In this document: positions 29,500 through 44,109 of the stretch, one piece after another | Layout: every line of letters starts with the position of its first letter | How positions within the stretch are numbered: the stretch's first letter is position 1 | Assembly: GCA_951406725.2 (NCBI GenBank) | Contig: OX597814.1 | Coordinates: 89,962,001 to 90,026,000 of the forward strand | DNA from: Octopus vulgaris | Lineage: Eukaryota | Direction: 5' to 3' | Length of the DNA stretch: 64,000 bases | Made by a program: the position numbers and the translations under genes | Notes under the pieces: model-generated | Told to the model about the DNA's origin: nothing | The model's input: the letters and a program-made list of their open reading frames with translations, nothing else | The model's database searches: none

Positions 29500-31910
29500 G
29501 TGAAATATATGCCAGGAACTAATGGCCTTATCTCCACAAACGTAAATAACTAAAGAGATGAAAGGGCTAAAAACGATAAAGAAACGGAAGAAGAGAAATC
29601 AAATTACTCTGAAAACAAACAGGAACAAAACGATGACGACGACACAAATGCAAATTAAGAAAAAAAAACAACTCCCAAGAAAAACAGACAACGAAATAAA
29701 CAAGTTAGAGTGCCCTTACGCGGAGAAAAGAAACATTGGAGTAAGAAAGATCCCAGACAAAAGAAATGAGATGAGAACACACAGAAGTGTGTAAAATTCT
29801 ACCCGCGCTGTGTCTGCTGGCATGGAAACAACGGTGGAAACTACCTTTTCGCACAACAAAAACAGTGCCACAGATACAAGAAGCAGGACAAAAAATTCCC
29901 TCTAAATCGATCAAAAGATAATGGATGACACCAAAAGAGAAAACTTCGTGCATCACCTGTACTGAAACAGAATTACGCTGATGTAGTGCGTAACAGCCAG
30001 TCCAATCATATGCCTCCATTAGGACTGCAGCTACGAAACAATCTTTTTTCTACACGGAACAAAAGACTGCACAGCTACTGATTTGGCTACATCAATTTCA
30101 GAGTCAGAGCCATCTCCACCAACATATAAGACAATCAAAGCCAATGGATCCAGGGTGGCTACAAGTAGCATCAGCACAGATGTCACAACAATAATCTTGC
30201 TAAACATTAAAAGATTGTTGCAAGTCAGTAACGGGACAAAAATTACCTTCTTCAGAAGCCTTGTGAGGTGCAATCAAGCCTTATGTATAGCATACATCGA
30301 AACGCACCTAAAACTCAACATCGTAGGTGCAGAAATACACATACCAAAGTATGTTATATTGCGAACAGACAGAAAAGACAGAGCTCATGGTGGAGTTGCA
30401 ATGTACATCTGTGAAGGCTTCACGCCCCAGGTCCTTTTGTTATGCTCAAACTCGGTGTGCGACACACTAATTGTACATATGTCACCTCGATATAGGTATA
30501 TGTACTAATTATCGCCCACTAGATGCTCCATATCACACGGGCGTATTTGAAGACTGTCTTGCAAAAGTTATAGAAATCCTAAGCAAATTATGTAACACAT
30601 CAGTGAACTTCTCAGAGGAAGCTTCAACATGCTCGACGTAGGATAGCATGCGGGCATTTTCCTCTCAGGAATGACGAAGTGGCGACAATGATTAGTGGAA
30701 TCCATACTCAACATCATCAACAAGTTATACATGGAGGAGCAAGTAGTACTCCAAACAACCAGAGCAAACAATATACTTGATCTCTGTTTCACAGACAATA
30801 TTGATCTCATCCATAATGTGTCCCATCACAATATAATAGAGCTGACCATGTATGAACCAAAGGATCTCTGAGACATGCAGTCTCTGTGAAACACCCCAAA
30901 CTTATCCTATTTGAAAATCCATGAAGCAAACTTGGAATTGATTAAGAGATCGTGAAACAGGATTGGCCTCAATTTCACTCCACACGTAACATCGACATAC
31001 AACTAAAAATATTCATGTCCGTAATACAAGCTATATGCTGCAATTTGTCCGAGATAGAAAGGCCACTGTACATAAGAACAAAATTCACAGCGAGAGGCAA
31101 GTTCTTATGAGACGGCGTACGAATATTGCAAATCACCTAAGCAGAGAACATAGTGGCAGTGAAAGATCTCGCCTAACGCCTTTTTTATGCCAAAGAAACT
31201 GCCTCCATGCGTTGCCAGTAGGGCCACTTCTCGAAAAGGATGGTTATATCATGGAAAATGCAATAAGGATAAGTGAAGCACTGAATGAAAAATTTAAAAG
31301 TGTTTTCACTCCACCATTACGGCACTTGCAAATCAGTAAACCTGAAGAATTCTTTACCATTATATATCTAAAAAGGGAGGCAGTAGCAATTGGTTGCAAC
31401 GACATCAAACATATAATATTGTCCAAATATGAGATAGAAGCAAGCTCAGCTTCTGAACCTGATAGATTCCCAGGAATAGTTCCCAAATCATGCAAACGAG
31501 ACCTTGTAAAGTCATTACCCCTGCCTCCTTTCAATTGATAATTTCCCAGACAAATTGAAGGAGGGAATAGTATGCCGTATCCCTAAAGGCGGAACCAGAG
31601 CAAATGCTAAAACTTTTTGGTTTATTTCTTTGATCTCATATATCAGCAAAATCATGAAGCGAATTGTACGAAGGAAACTAATTACATTCCTCGAAGAGAA
31701 TGACTTCTTGACTGACTAGCAGCATGGATTTCGACCGGGAAGAAGCTGCTCGACACTTCTTTCACAGCAATACATCTGTGCCTTAAAGCAGCCGCTCAGC
31801 AACTCAAATGTAGACGTGATATACCTCGATTTTGCAAAAGCCTTTGATAATGTCGACCTTGATGTATGTTAGAAGCTGCATGATCGCAACACAGTCGGAA
31901 AGGTGCACTA
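29500..31910 (+). mobile_element. Degenerate CR1/L2-group LINE (APE endonuclease + RT 5' part)
   Basis: IAYIETHL, LRTDRKDRAHGGVAMYI, NILDLCFTD, QHGFRPGRSC and VDVIYLDFAKAFDNVD, with many stops and frameshifts. Confidence 0.85.
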
Positions 31911-32894
31911 GAGGGGCGTTAAGAGACTTCGGCGGGGGGAGGGCTCAGCAGGACGCTAGAAGACCCTCGTCTTTGGTAAGTTTAATTTGAAATTAACGAG
32001 TAATAGCCATATTTTCACATCTCTGCGATAGTCAGTTTAAAAAGAAACATGCCTTTTTGTTTCAAATTTTCAAAAACTTAAAAAACGCTTATTCCGCTTT
32101 GAGGACACCAATTCCTGGTACCATGTGTAACTGGAGTCGCTAAAGTGAAACACCAAAAAAAAAAACAAAAACTAAAAACAGATGAATATTGATAGACGAT
32201 TAAAAGAAAATAAAGTAATGAATAAAAGCGAAATGCTGAATGTGTGTGTGTGTGTGCGTGTGTATGTGTGCGTGTGTGTATGTTGCGTGTGTGTTTGTGT
32301 GCAAATATATAAAAAATAGGTCAGAATTTTGGATCAAACTGGCTTTTGGAAGTGGCTGATAGGTATGTATTTGAGTATGTGTGTGTATGTATGAGTATGT
32401 TTGTATATGATTGCGTGCTGCCGTTTTAAATTCCTTTCTGCGATTATTAAAGGCCCAACTACATAGACACACACAAGAATTCTGCGAAATTGGTGTGCTT
32501 TTAAGAAAAAGATTAATTTTCTAGGGACAAGAGGATAGCTTTGGGCATTTGTTTCCGCCTATATGAACTTTATCAGCAGAGTTGGAGTTCTACGTTGGCT
32601 CAACAAGCATGAAACTTTAGACAAACAGTATAGAAAAGATTGGCAGAAATTTGGTGTAGAACGACTAACAGATTGATTTAATTATCATAAAGAAATTTGT
32701 TTTTTTCGACAGAAAAATCACACTGCACATTCCGTAATAACAAGTCAAGTTCTAGAGATTGCATCATCTTCTCATTTGAAGTTTATCTCAGTAAATATGC
32801 AGCATTGGTCTCTTGTTTGTGGAAGGGATGATGGCAATTACAGTCAATCAACAACATATCTATATAATGTTTGATATACATTTATCTGTCATTA

Positions 32895-33251
32895 CTCTTT
32901 ACTCTTTACTCTTTTACTTGTTTCACTCATTTGACTGCGGCCATGCTGGAGCACCGCCTTTAATCGAGCAACTCGACCCCGAGACTTATTCTTTTGTAAG
33001 CCCAGTACTTATTCTATCGGTCTCTTTTGCCGTACCGCCAAGTTACGGGGACATAAACACACCAGCATCGGTTGTCAAGCGTGAGCGGAAAAGACCACCC
33101 GGAAGACCTCCACGACGGTGGAGTTATGATTTCAGGAGGACGATCGGGATCACGTGGATGAGAAAGGCGCGATCCAGAGAGGAGTGGACAGCGTGCTGTG
33201 ACCAGCGGTGTCAAATGGACGCCTGACGGACTGGTCGGTCAAAGTGATGAA

Positions 33252-33321
<70 letters not shown>

Positions 33322-33400
33322 TACGACGGGCTTCTTTCAGTTTCCGTCTACCAAATCCACTCACAAGGCATTGGTCGGCCTGAGGCTATAGTAGAAGATA
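32895..33400 (-). mobile_element. Family A SINE interrupted by an RTE-clade LINE 3' fragment (+, ~33080-33255)
   Basis: SINE halves at 32895-33080 and 33320-33400; the insert encodes KRPPGRPPRRWSYDF..WMRKARSREEW, typical of an RTE C-terminus. Confidence 0.75.
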
Positions 33401-34439
33401 TTCTGAAATACATCATGTCGCTCGTTTCCACTGTACAATCTGTAGCTATAGGCTTATGATAGTATCCAACAATTTACGGGGACCAATTTCAATGACTTTT
33501 GTTGTAGATAGAGGAGCAAAAGCTAGCTTGTATATTCTACAGAAGTTATTGGAGATGCAAAAATATCACTGCATCTAAAGCTATCTATAATCATCCGAGA
33601 GTAGTGTGTAGACACGCACACACGCGCACACACAGACACACATTCACACACAGACACGCGCGCGCACATATATATACACACTCATATACGCATACATGTG
33701 TGCCAGAAGGTTCAGGTAAGGGTGTAAATCGATTACATCGATGCAAGTGCTCGACTAGTACTTATTTTATCAACTTTGGAAGGGTGGAAGTTAAAGTAGA
33801 CCTCGGCGCAATTTGAACTCAGAACGTATAGACGAACGAAATGCCGCTAAACTTTTTCCGGCATGGATTGTTAACGGTGTCCTAAGGACATATTTAGTGA
33901 AGGCACATGGCTAGAGCATCGGATTTATAGTCGTGAGATTGTGAGTTCGATTTCACGGACCAGGCTGTGTGTCGTGTTCTTGAACAACACACTTTATTTC
34001 ACGTTGCTCCAGTTCACTCAGCTGTAGAATCGAGTTGCGACGTCACTGGTGTCAAGCTGTATCGGCCTTTGATAAAGTTAATAGCGTGGAAAGGGGAGGA
34101 TGGTATGCATGGGCGACTGCTGGTCTTCCATAAGTAACCTTGCCCGGATTTGTGCCTCGGAGGGTAACCCTTTAAGTGCAATCGCCTGATCACTTCTGAC
34201 CGAAGGGGGTCTTTACTCTTGAGGACATATCTATATAATGATTGCTCCTGCTTTGTTATCCATTACGCTGTAAACAAATGGACTTTACTATTCTTTGAAA
34301 ACATTTGTACATATATTACAAGTAAACAATTTGAATACGTTGCCAACATTTACAATCTATGTAATAATCTACTTATTCGTTCACCTGTTATACTTTCGTT
34401 CGTTAGAAAGGTGGAAATGAAATGAGTGAGAGGTGCAGT

Positions 34440-35090
34440 AAAAGTGTGTGTGTGTGAGAGAGAGGGAGAGAAATACAGAGAGCGAGAGAAATACAGAGAG
34501 CGAGAGAAATACAGAGAGCGAGAGAAGAAAGTAAAGAGTGTGAGTAGAGAAGAAAGAAATGAGGAAGAAGTAGAAAAGAGGTATGATAAGACCAAATGCC
34601 TCATGTAGTTAGTTGAAGTGAGAGGCGAGAAGAGCAAGAGAGAAGGACAGTGAGAGAAAAGAGGGAGAGAGAAGCGTTAACAACGTGCTGTAGAGTGGGG
34701 AGGAAAAGGTAAAGAGAAAGAGATATGTTTAGGATAGAATATGTAGTAGTGGGTGATGTTCTTTCGTTGAAATTAAAAAATGGCAGAAGAGGTAGTTACA
34801 TTAAGAGAGAGATTGAAAGAGAGAGAGAGAGAGAGAGAGGGGGGAGGGAGAGAGAGTTAGTGGAAGAGATGAATAGAAATAAATAAATGTTAAAGATATA
34901 AAGACGGGAAATACATGGTTTAAATGTTTGTTGAAGAGGTGGAGTGAGAAAGAGAGAAATATAAAGTGCTTAGAAGAGGGAAATTTTAAGATATAATATA
35001 TTATTGTGACTGGAAGTGAAATACTTAGCAGAATTGTTGAATAGCTTCTCTTAATTTTTTTCGTCCTGTGGAATTTCTACGGGTCTCCCT
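34440..35090 (-). repeat. Unclassified dispersed repeat, homolog of 1645-2600
   Basis: Reverse-complement similarity to 1645-2600. Confidence 0.65.
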
Positions 35091-36248
35091 TGTTACAAAT
35101 GAATATAAAATAAATTTTATAGATAATGATAAGAGAATTCATTGTTTAGATTTTTTAAATATCTTTATCAAATATTCCTTTCTTATTCTGTTACAAGGCA
35201 ATTTTCAGGGATTGAGTAAATTACATCGACCTCAGTGATTAACTGGTACTTATTTTATCGACTCCCAAATGATGAAAGGTAAAGTCATACCAGTCGGATT
35301 TAGAACTTAGAAGATAATGACGGACAAAATGTAGGTAAACATTTTGTTCGGCGTGCTGACGATTCTTCCAACTTGCTACTATATCTATGTCAAATATTGA
35401 GGTGGAGAGCTGCCAGAATCGTTAACACGCCGGGAAAATAGCTTATCTGCAATTCAACCGTCTTTATCCTCTAGGTTCAAAAACTACCGACGTCGATTTT
35501 GACCTTTTCATCCTCTCGGGGCCGATGAAATGAGTAGCATTTGAGCACTGGGGTCGATGTAATCGACTTAATCTTCCTCCTACAAATTACTGGCGTTGTG
35601 TTAAAATCTGATACCAATATTTTTATCATATACTGATAACTGAGCAAAATATCTAAGGGTGGATATAGTTAATAAATTCGGATCAGGTAGAATGCTAGTT
35701 TTTATAATTAATAGCTTCAATGGTTGGCACAAGGCCAGCAATTACGAGGGAGTGGGTAAGTCGATTATATCGTCCCCAGTGAACATATGGTTCTTATTTT
35801 CTCGACCCCGAAATGATGAAAGGCAAAGGTGACCTTGGCAGAATTTGAAAAAACAGGCGAAATGCCGCTTAGTATTTTTCCCTGCGCGCTAACGATTCTG
35901 CTACCTCGATGGTATTATAATTTATACTATTGGTAATACAGAGGTGAAAAAAAGTAAGGCAATATTGCCACGATTTGGAAACCGAATATTGTTAGTTAAA
36001 TGTGTTTTGAAAAGTAGACTATACTTCTTAATCCATTGCTTTCATCTGTCTTAAATATAATAATAAGTTATTGAATTATACAAGGCAAAATAAAGTAATA
36101 TGAACAAAATAAAATTTTCTCAATTAAAGTAGATGATATCTATGACGTGGCTGCCTAATCTTTTGAGTTTTTGGGCGATATATGTTTTGGATCAAGTTTA
36201 TACGTATACTGAATAAAGAATAAATTGTAACTTTTGTCCTGCTCCACA

Positions 36249-36390
<142 letters not shown>

Positions 36391-37408
36391 TATATATAGC
36401 ATGAGTGTTTGCATCAATAAATAGTCAATTCATCGAAGTGTTTGCAACAATGTATCATTTATCAATGATAACATTTGATAGACCAGAATATAAAATAACC
36501 CAAAGCCCAGTCAAGAGATCACAATGAAAAAGATTCAGTGATAGAAAAAATAAAATAGAAAAAACTACCAATAACACTTAGCTAGTTTCGCGAATTTATA
36601 GCTATAGATAAAAACAAAATAATTAAAGAAACGATAAAATACACTGAATAAATAAACATTTTTTTTTATGAATCTTTGAACGATTTTTGATACAAAAAGA
36701 GCAGAAAAATAAACAGAAAAATAGAAGAGAAAATTAATAAGCTTTCAAGAGTAAATTATCTCAGAACGATTTTCTGGTCCAGGAAAGTACTTTCAATATT
36801 CATTTTCATGAGACGGTCTAATTGAATGATATCACCACATAGAGTGGGTGACCATTGTTATAAGGCATTCACATCTCGGTTTCATTTTGTTTTCTTAATT
36901 CACGAACTGCTTAGGCAACATACTTATTAACATTTTCTAATCTACGTCTTTTGTTGTCTCTAAAATGTACAAAGAAAATGATATAATAGGATTGCAAATA
37001 AGTAACTTATATTTATAAGTACCCTGGCAAGTCAATGAAAAAAATGTAGATACAGTCAAAGAACAAACGAGAAGAAATATATGGAGAAAATGAATTGAAA
37101 AGAAAACCGAAAAGAATATTACAAAAGCAATCGTTATTTTTTGTTTGGCTAAATGATGTATTTTTAAGAATGGAATATTGTCAATTGAAATCAGGTCAGT
37201 ATTTTACTGGAACATGTAATATACATTTGAGATGAAAAAATCTCTGTAGAGAAGTTTATACCGAATTCAAGAGGTAGAAATTAGCTCACGTAGTTCTTGT
37301 TCTACTGTATCAATCAACATATTTTGCGAAGAAGGGAACAAGCGACGCAACACTTGTATTTTGATACACACACACAAACACACACAAACACACACAAACA
37401 CACACACA

Positions 37409-37470
<62 letters not shown>

Positions 37471-37486
37471 CCTATGTATGTATGTG

Positions 37487-37518
<32 letters not shown>

Positions 37519-37879
37519 TGTATGTGTGTGTGTATAAGTTTTTACTAACCGCAACATACGCTAATAATGTCACCCTCAAAGTTTGATATTACAGTAGCTC
37601 ATGCAAAACTCAAACGCACTGTCCTTGTGTATATAACACACAACTTAAATATAAAAAGTCTGGTTACGACGAAGAGGGTTCCAGTTGATCCTATCAACAG
37701 AACAGCCTGCTCGTGAAATCAACGTGCAAGTGACTGAGTCCTCCACAGACACGAGTACCCTAAGCGTAGTTCTCAGGGAGATTCGGTGTGATGCAGAATG
37801 TGACAAGGACGGCCATTTGAATTACTCGCACTACACATTTTTGCCAGCTGAGTGGATTGAGAGTTCTATTAATTTGACT

Positions 37880-38480
37880 CTGAGTGATGGTGACAGTTGA
37901 GAGCAGTATTTCAGATGGTTGAGTAAAAATGTCCTCCATAGAACCAGCATTGCTCTGAAGATACTTAGAATCCATATGGCCATTCCCGTCTGCCTGCACA
38001 TTGCCACCATCTTGGTGATATGTACGTGAAACGAGGCATCGTTGGTGTTATCAATCGCGGATCACGCATCGTGCATGACTCTGGGATTGCCGCTCCTTTT
38101 GGTCCAAAGTATTGTTGTAGCGGCTTGTTAGTACCAATTCGCTGGTAGCGAAGGGCTTGGAATTTACCTGCATTAAATTGCACCATGTTTTCTTCAGCTC
38201 GCTTATATATAGCATCTAAGTCTTTCTGTTGAAGATTAGCATCAGAAGGTTTCTAGCCCGTTCGTACTGCTTTTGTTTCGTCGTAGGTAGTAAGTATGGT
38301 TGTCTGTGTAACTGATGGTATTTCTAAAAGAGCTCCCACGAACAGTAACGGCCCCAATACAGTTCCCTGAGGCACTCCACTCCCTATTACTGTCTCTTTA
38401 GAGAAGGTTCCATTGGCCACCACAGCATGGCTTCTGTCTGCTAAGAAGTCATGCAACAACTCTCCCAGTTTTCCGTATTT
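37880..38480 (-). mobile_element. CR1/L2-group LINE RT fragment
   Basis: SGVPQGTVLGPLLF (RT motif B) and MVQFNAGKFQALRY; catalytic YADD decayed. Confidence 0.8.
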
Positions 38481-41400
38481 TCAGTATTAGATCTGTTTCT
38501 TGTATTTTGATGTCAGAGCTGTGGTGCCGAAGAACTTATCAGGCATAGCTACTTGCAAGCACCATGATGGAGAGGGGCACATTCAGTATTCCTCCTAAAG
38601 AGAAACGTCTCCCCGTCGCAGGGTTACTCGCTTACAGCTGAGTGGAATGGCGCAACGAAAAATGAAATAATTTCTCCAAGAAGAGAACGCTCCGCCGGTT
38701 TGCGAAACTAAAACTGCGACCTTGCAAATGTGAGTGGAACACTCTAACTACTAGTCCACGCGTCTCCACGCACAGTGGAATCACCCCAATCTCAAAAAAT
38801 CAAGAACCCCTAAACACGTATAACACTACGATGACTTAACATTCAATAAAGGCAAACTTAAATCTTTACAAACACAGTTGTGAAAAAGCACATCAAATGT
38901 ATACATCCATTATCACTGCCTGTCAGATATTATTATAGTTTCCACAACTTGGCTGTACCATTCAGTCAAAGAGTATCAACAACATTAAAACCGTAAACGC
39001 TGCTTGAGAATTCATAAATAAAAAGCGGGGAGCGAAACATTAATGCAATATGTCCATCACGCCAAAACTGATTATTGTTACCAATACAAACACCAAGTCT
39101 CAGGCATAAATTTTTAACTACTCGCTAATACGAAGCACGGTAACAAAAAAAAAAAAGAGATAAAAACATTGAAAACATAACAATCATCAAAATGGACATT
39201 GCTACCCAAAGAATTATGGAACTTAAAAACCATAGAATATTAAAACGAACTATCTCACTAAATGTACTGATCATAGTCGAAAACATGTTGTCATTATATA
39301 AAACAGAAATATGAATAACGCAGGGATTAAACAAACTAGAACTGTAATTATATAGAATAATTAAAGAACATGAACCAATAGACACGTCTACCCAACAATC
39401 TGTAAGACCAAAACAAATTAAAAAAAAAACGAACGTTAACTGTCGGAATAAGATATTACTGTAACTACCAGGCTTTAAACGTCTTAAAACAAGGCGACAA
39501 GGAGATAAACAATATGGACCAATATCTATTAACTATAAATATTTTTAGACGAATATTTCATCTAAAAACACATGCGCAATATAAAATTGTCTAAAATATC
39601 TCAATCGTAACGAAAGCATTCATATATAAAAACAACATAGCATCACATGACGTGTTTCAAAGAAATTATCGAAAGCAAAAAATATACCGAAAGTATATAT
39701 CTTTTATCTTTTAATTGTTTAAATCTTTGGACTGCGGCCGGCATGATGAGGCACCACCTCCAAAAAATTGACCCATAACTTATTTTAAAATCTGGTACTT
39801 ATTCTACCGGTCTTACTTTGCAGAATCGCAATGTTACGGGGGACGTGAACAAAACAAAACCGGTTGTTAAGCAGTTCTAGTGGTGAGACAAACAAGAAAA
39901 CAAACACACACCCATATATACATTCTTTCAGTTATCGAATACCAAATTCATCGCAGGGCTTTGATCGTCCCGGGGATATAGTAGAAAGCACCGGAGCTAT
40001 AGTAGAAGGCACTTGCCGGTGCCGCACAGTGGAACTGAACTCAAGACCATACATATACATATATGTTTCAGTAGAATTTTATTTATTTAATACAGTCATA
40101 AAAAATTAGTTCATAATATTATCCAACATCACCAGGTAAGATCAATGCAGATAACATTAAAACGGATAGTATTAAACAGGTAATATTTTATTTTAAACAC
40201 CGACATGGACCCCTTAGTCAGATCTATGATTTGGTACTTGTGCATTTGGTACTAAGTGGGAACTAGATTTGGTATTGCACATCTACGTTACTCTAACAAC
40301 ATCTGATGAACTTAATTTTATTTATTTCAATGCGAGCTCTATGTCATCGATATGCTTATGAATTCATATAACAAATCACATATAATATATATATAAAATT
40401 AAAATAATGAGGGTAGAAATTTGTGGTAAGCCGATTTGACGTCTATCTCTAGCATATAGGAATCCACTTTAGTGGTCATTCCTTTTATTAACTGTAATAT
40501 ATATATATATGTATGTATGTGTGTGTGTGTGTGTGTGTACATGTGTGTGTACATGTGTGTGTGTCCTTGCGTGTGCTTTTTTCTTTGTATGTTTGTATAT
40601 TTGTTCGTGAGTTTTTGCCTATCGTGTTTCAATGTGTTTTTTTTTTCTAAGCGATAATCATCTTTATGAATAAATCTACCACCCACTACCATAACACGTT
40701 CGCACGCTACCCACTCCCCCCCAAATAACAGTTCTAACGCAAAACATTGTCTAGAATATCACATATACTCACACAAGAAAACCAAATACATAAACACCTC
40801 TTCGATCCTGATTTACATACAAATGAAAAAATATTTTTGACGGCACTTAAATTTATCTCCAGTATTTTTTTCTCATCCATTTTTATTGTCAAATTACCAT
40901 ATTGCAGTATGAACCATTTTCATTCACAACTATACATTTTATGACTAAATTATCTGTTATTAAAAATAAGCACACATTATTTAACCACACATATATTCAT
41001 TAACTCATAAACGCATACAAATGAAGAATAGATTCTCATAAAAATCTCACTTCGTTGCGCGGTATACACAGCTCGGAAAGAATGATACTAAGCACGCCGC
41101 TTCCAAAATAAATGTTTTACGCCTTGCTCATGCGAAGGTCGCTAAACACTGGTCATTGTCAGGTATTGGAGGTTAATCATGCACATAATAAATCTTTACA
41201 AACATTTTGTGTTCTCAGTTTTTAGGAGATAATAATACGTAGTACATTGTAATAACTCCATTTACATGCACACACACATACACACACACACACATACATA
41301 CATACATACATACATAATACATACATACATACATACATAAACACATACATACATACATATATATATATATATATCTATATATATATATATATATATATAT

Positions 41401-41662
41401 ATGTAAGTATACATATAAATTTATATAAATAAGGATAAGATCGTTATTTAAAATACCAATCTTATCAGGTGGCTAGCATGGGAATAAAAACCTCAAAGGT
41501 AATAAATAATTGTTAAAATTATAATTAAGGGTATCAAAGAGATACCACCACGCTAGAAATACCAGCCAAAACTTGACTCTGAGAACACATTAAATGTTTA
41601 TACAGCACCAGGAGAGAAGACAAACAGACAAAATAAACTAGCAAAACAAAAATTATTGGATA

Positions 41663-41738
41663 ATTCTAGATCCCGGATTTCTGACTCTGCATAATATATA
41701 CTTTTCCTTCACGTTCATATATGTAAGTATTCATATGT

Positions 41739-41789
<51 letters not shown>

Positions 41790-41856
41790 ATTTAAGTGCT
41801 ATCTGCATATATTCCACTGATGAAGGCAAAGTATTTCTTACGCAGAGCCAGAAATC
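41663..41856. ncRNA. Inverted pair of partial hammerhead-like motifs (pLTR remnants)
   Basis: + 41811-41856 attccaCTGATGAaggc...gccaGAAATC; - 41663-41711 tgaagga...gtcaGAAATCCGGGATCtagaat. The two are homologous. Confidence 0.55.
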
Positions 41857-42756
41857 AGAGCTCGAACTACTAAGACTTAGAGCCTCCACTAATGAAGAAA
41901 AATATAAAAGCATCGACGAGGAGATTCACAGGGAAATAAGCAAACAAACCGAAAGACAACCCTTCGAAAACACCATAAACTTTTGGAAGGATGTTTGTGA
42001 AAACGAAGAAAGAAATTCTCTCTAACGCTGGGAAAAAAGCAATGGTTTTTCCCCAGGACCAATCTCACACAACCTCACAGACAGTTCAAACAAACAAAAC
42101 TGCAACCAATATTTTTTAGCCCTAGACGAGAGACACCAGGTCACAGGTTGGAACCTGGTGATCAGGAAAAACCGAAGGTAATTAACCTCTCAACTAAGCC
42201 TCTTTCAAGTACAAAGAGAGACATCCTCTCAAAAGGGTTAAAATTCGCCCCAACACCACGCACAACCAACCATAATATTGTGAAGGACAGTATAATAGAA
42301 TTCTATAGAAAATTGAGACTCACAGAAGCATTATCCAGTTACAATAATGAAGATGACTTGCTAGTCAAAAACAAAAGTGAACACATCCCCCACAAAGGAA
42401 GAAATAAAAATCTTGATGAATTCTGCAATTATATTGAGAAGTTTCTCTATCACACCATGCATAAACAGAAAATTAACCTCAAACACAATGGAAGGAACTA
42501 ATAGAACTTCAAAATAATGAAGCTATAACGATTAAGGAAGCAAATAAATGAAGTGCGGTGGTAGTAATGGACACATTATACTATAAAAATCTAGTAATCT
42601 CCATGCTGAATAAAAGTCAACATTACGAAAAAATTACAAACTACATCCACCAAAAAATAATGAAAACCCTATCCTCACTGATTAAAAACATGGAAACGAA
42701 CTGACAACAAAGGAAATTGATTAGTTAACAAACTTTAAATGCAAGCCTATCCTATT

Positions 42757-43160
42757 TCTTTACAAAGGGTTAAACACAGAGAGGACAAACAACGACAGAC
42801 ACATGGATTGAGTCGATTACATCGACCCCAGTGCGTAAATGGTACTTATTTAATCGACCCCGAAGTATGAAAGGCAAAGTCGACCTCGGCGGAATTTGAA
42901 CTCAGAAGGTAGCGGCAGAAGAAATACCTATTTCTTTAATACCCACAAGGGGCTAAACACAGAGAGGACAAACAAGGACAGACAAACGGATTAAGTCGAT
43001 TACATCGACCCCAGTGCGTAACTGGTACTTATTTAATCGACCCTGAAAAGATGAAAGGTAAAGTCGACCTTGGCGGAATTTGAACTCAGAACGTAGCGGT
43101 AGACGAAATACCGCTAAGCATTTTTTCCGACGTGCTAACGTTTCTGCCAGCTCGCCGCCT
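42757..43160 (-). mobile_element. Family B SINE with internal ~175-nt tandem duplication, inserted in the PLE
   Basis: Head aggcggcgagctggcagaaacgttagcacg; flanking direct repeat (gcct)atcctatt at 42745-42756 and 43157-43168. Confidence 0.9.
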
Positions 43161-43726
43161 ATCCTATTCTACGGTCTATCAAAAATCCACAAAAGCCAGG
43201 TTATAAATGAAAGCATAAAAAAATCACCAAAGATATGCATAATACACCAAACGCAGGTGACCTAAAATTACGACCCATTATAGCTCGCCCAGCTTGTGAA
43301 ACACACAGACTAAGTTAATTCGTGGACATCCTCCTGAAACTCCTCCATAAACACACCAGTAAGTATATCAGAGATGACTTGGACATGTTAAATTACCTCC
43401 CAAAAGTCAAGGAAGAAACATTCATGGGCCCATTTGATGTGATTAATTTATATACTAGTATACCTCATAATTATGGACTACAGGCAATTCAGTTCTGGCT
43501 GGACCAATATTTGGAAGAAATACTGGAAAGGATCAGTAAAGAGTTCATAACTGGATCGATTGAATTCATTTTACGAAATAACCATTCCATACTTGATAAC
43601 ACGTTCTATCGACAAAATTCCGGAATTGCCATGGGCACTAGGGCATTGCGAACCTAACAATGAGCTATCTGGAAATAATAATATACCAGGAATCTTTATC
43701 TACCTTTGGAAACCATCTTTCCCAAT

Positions 43727-44109
43727 GGAAGCACTCCGTCGGTTACGACGACAAGGGTTCCGGTTGATTCGATCAACGGAACAGCCCGCTCGTGAAATTA
43801 ACGTGTAAGTGGCTGAGCACTCCACAGACACGTGTACCCTTAACGCAGTTCTCGGGGATATTCAGCGTGACACAGAGAGTGACAAGGCAGGCCCTTTGAA
43901 ATACAGGTATAACAGAAACAGGAAGTAAGAGTGAGAGAAAGTTGTGGTGAAAGAGTACAGCAGGGATCACCACCATCCCTGACGGAACCTCGTGGAGCTT
44001 TAGGTGTTTTCGCTCAATAAACACTCACAACGCCCGGTCTGGGAATCGAAACCGCGATCCTACGACCGCGAGTCCGCTGCCCTAACCACTGGGCCATTGC
44101 GCCTCCACT
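43727..44109 (-). mobile_element. Full-length family C SINE with 12-bp TSD, inserted in the PLE RT
   Basis: A box tggcccagtgg, B box ggtttcgattcc; TSD atctttcccaat at 43715-43726 and 44110-44121. Confidence 0.92.

Noticed and set aside
44030-44109. tRNA gene
   Set aside because: It is the tRNA-like head of a TSD-flanked SINE, not a standalone tRNA.
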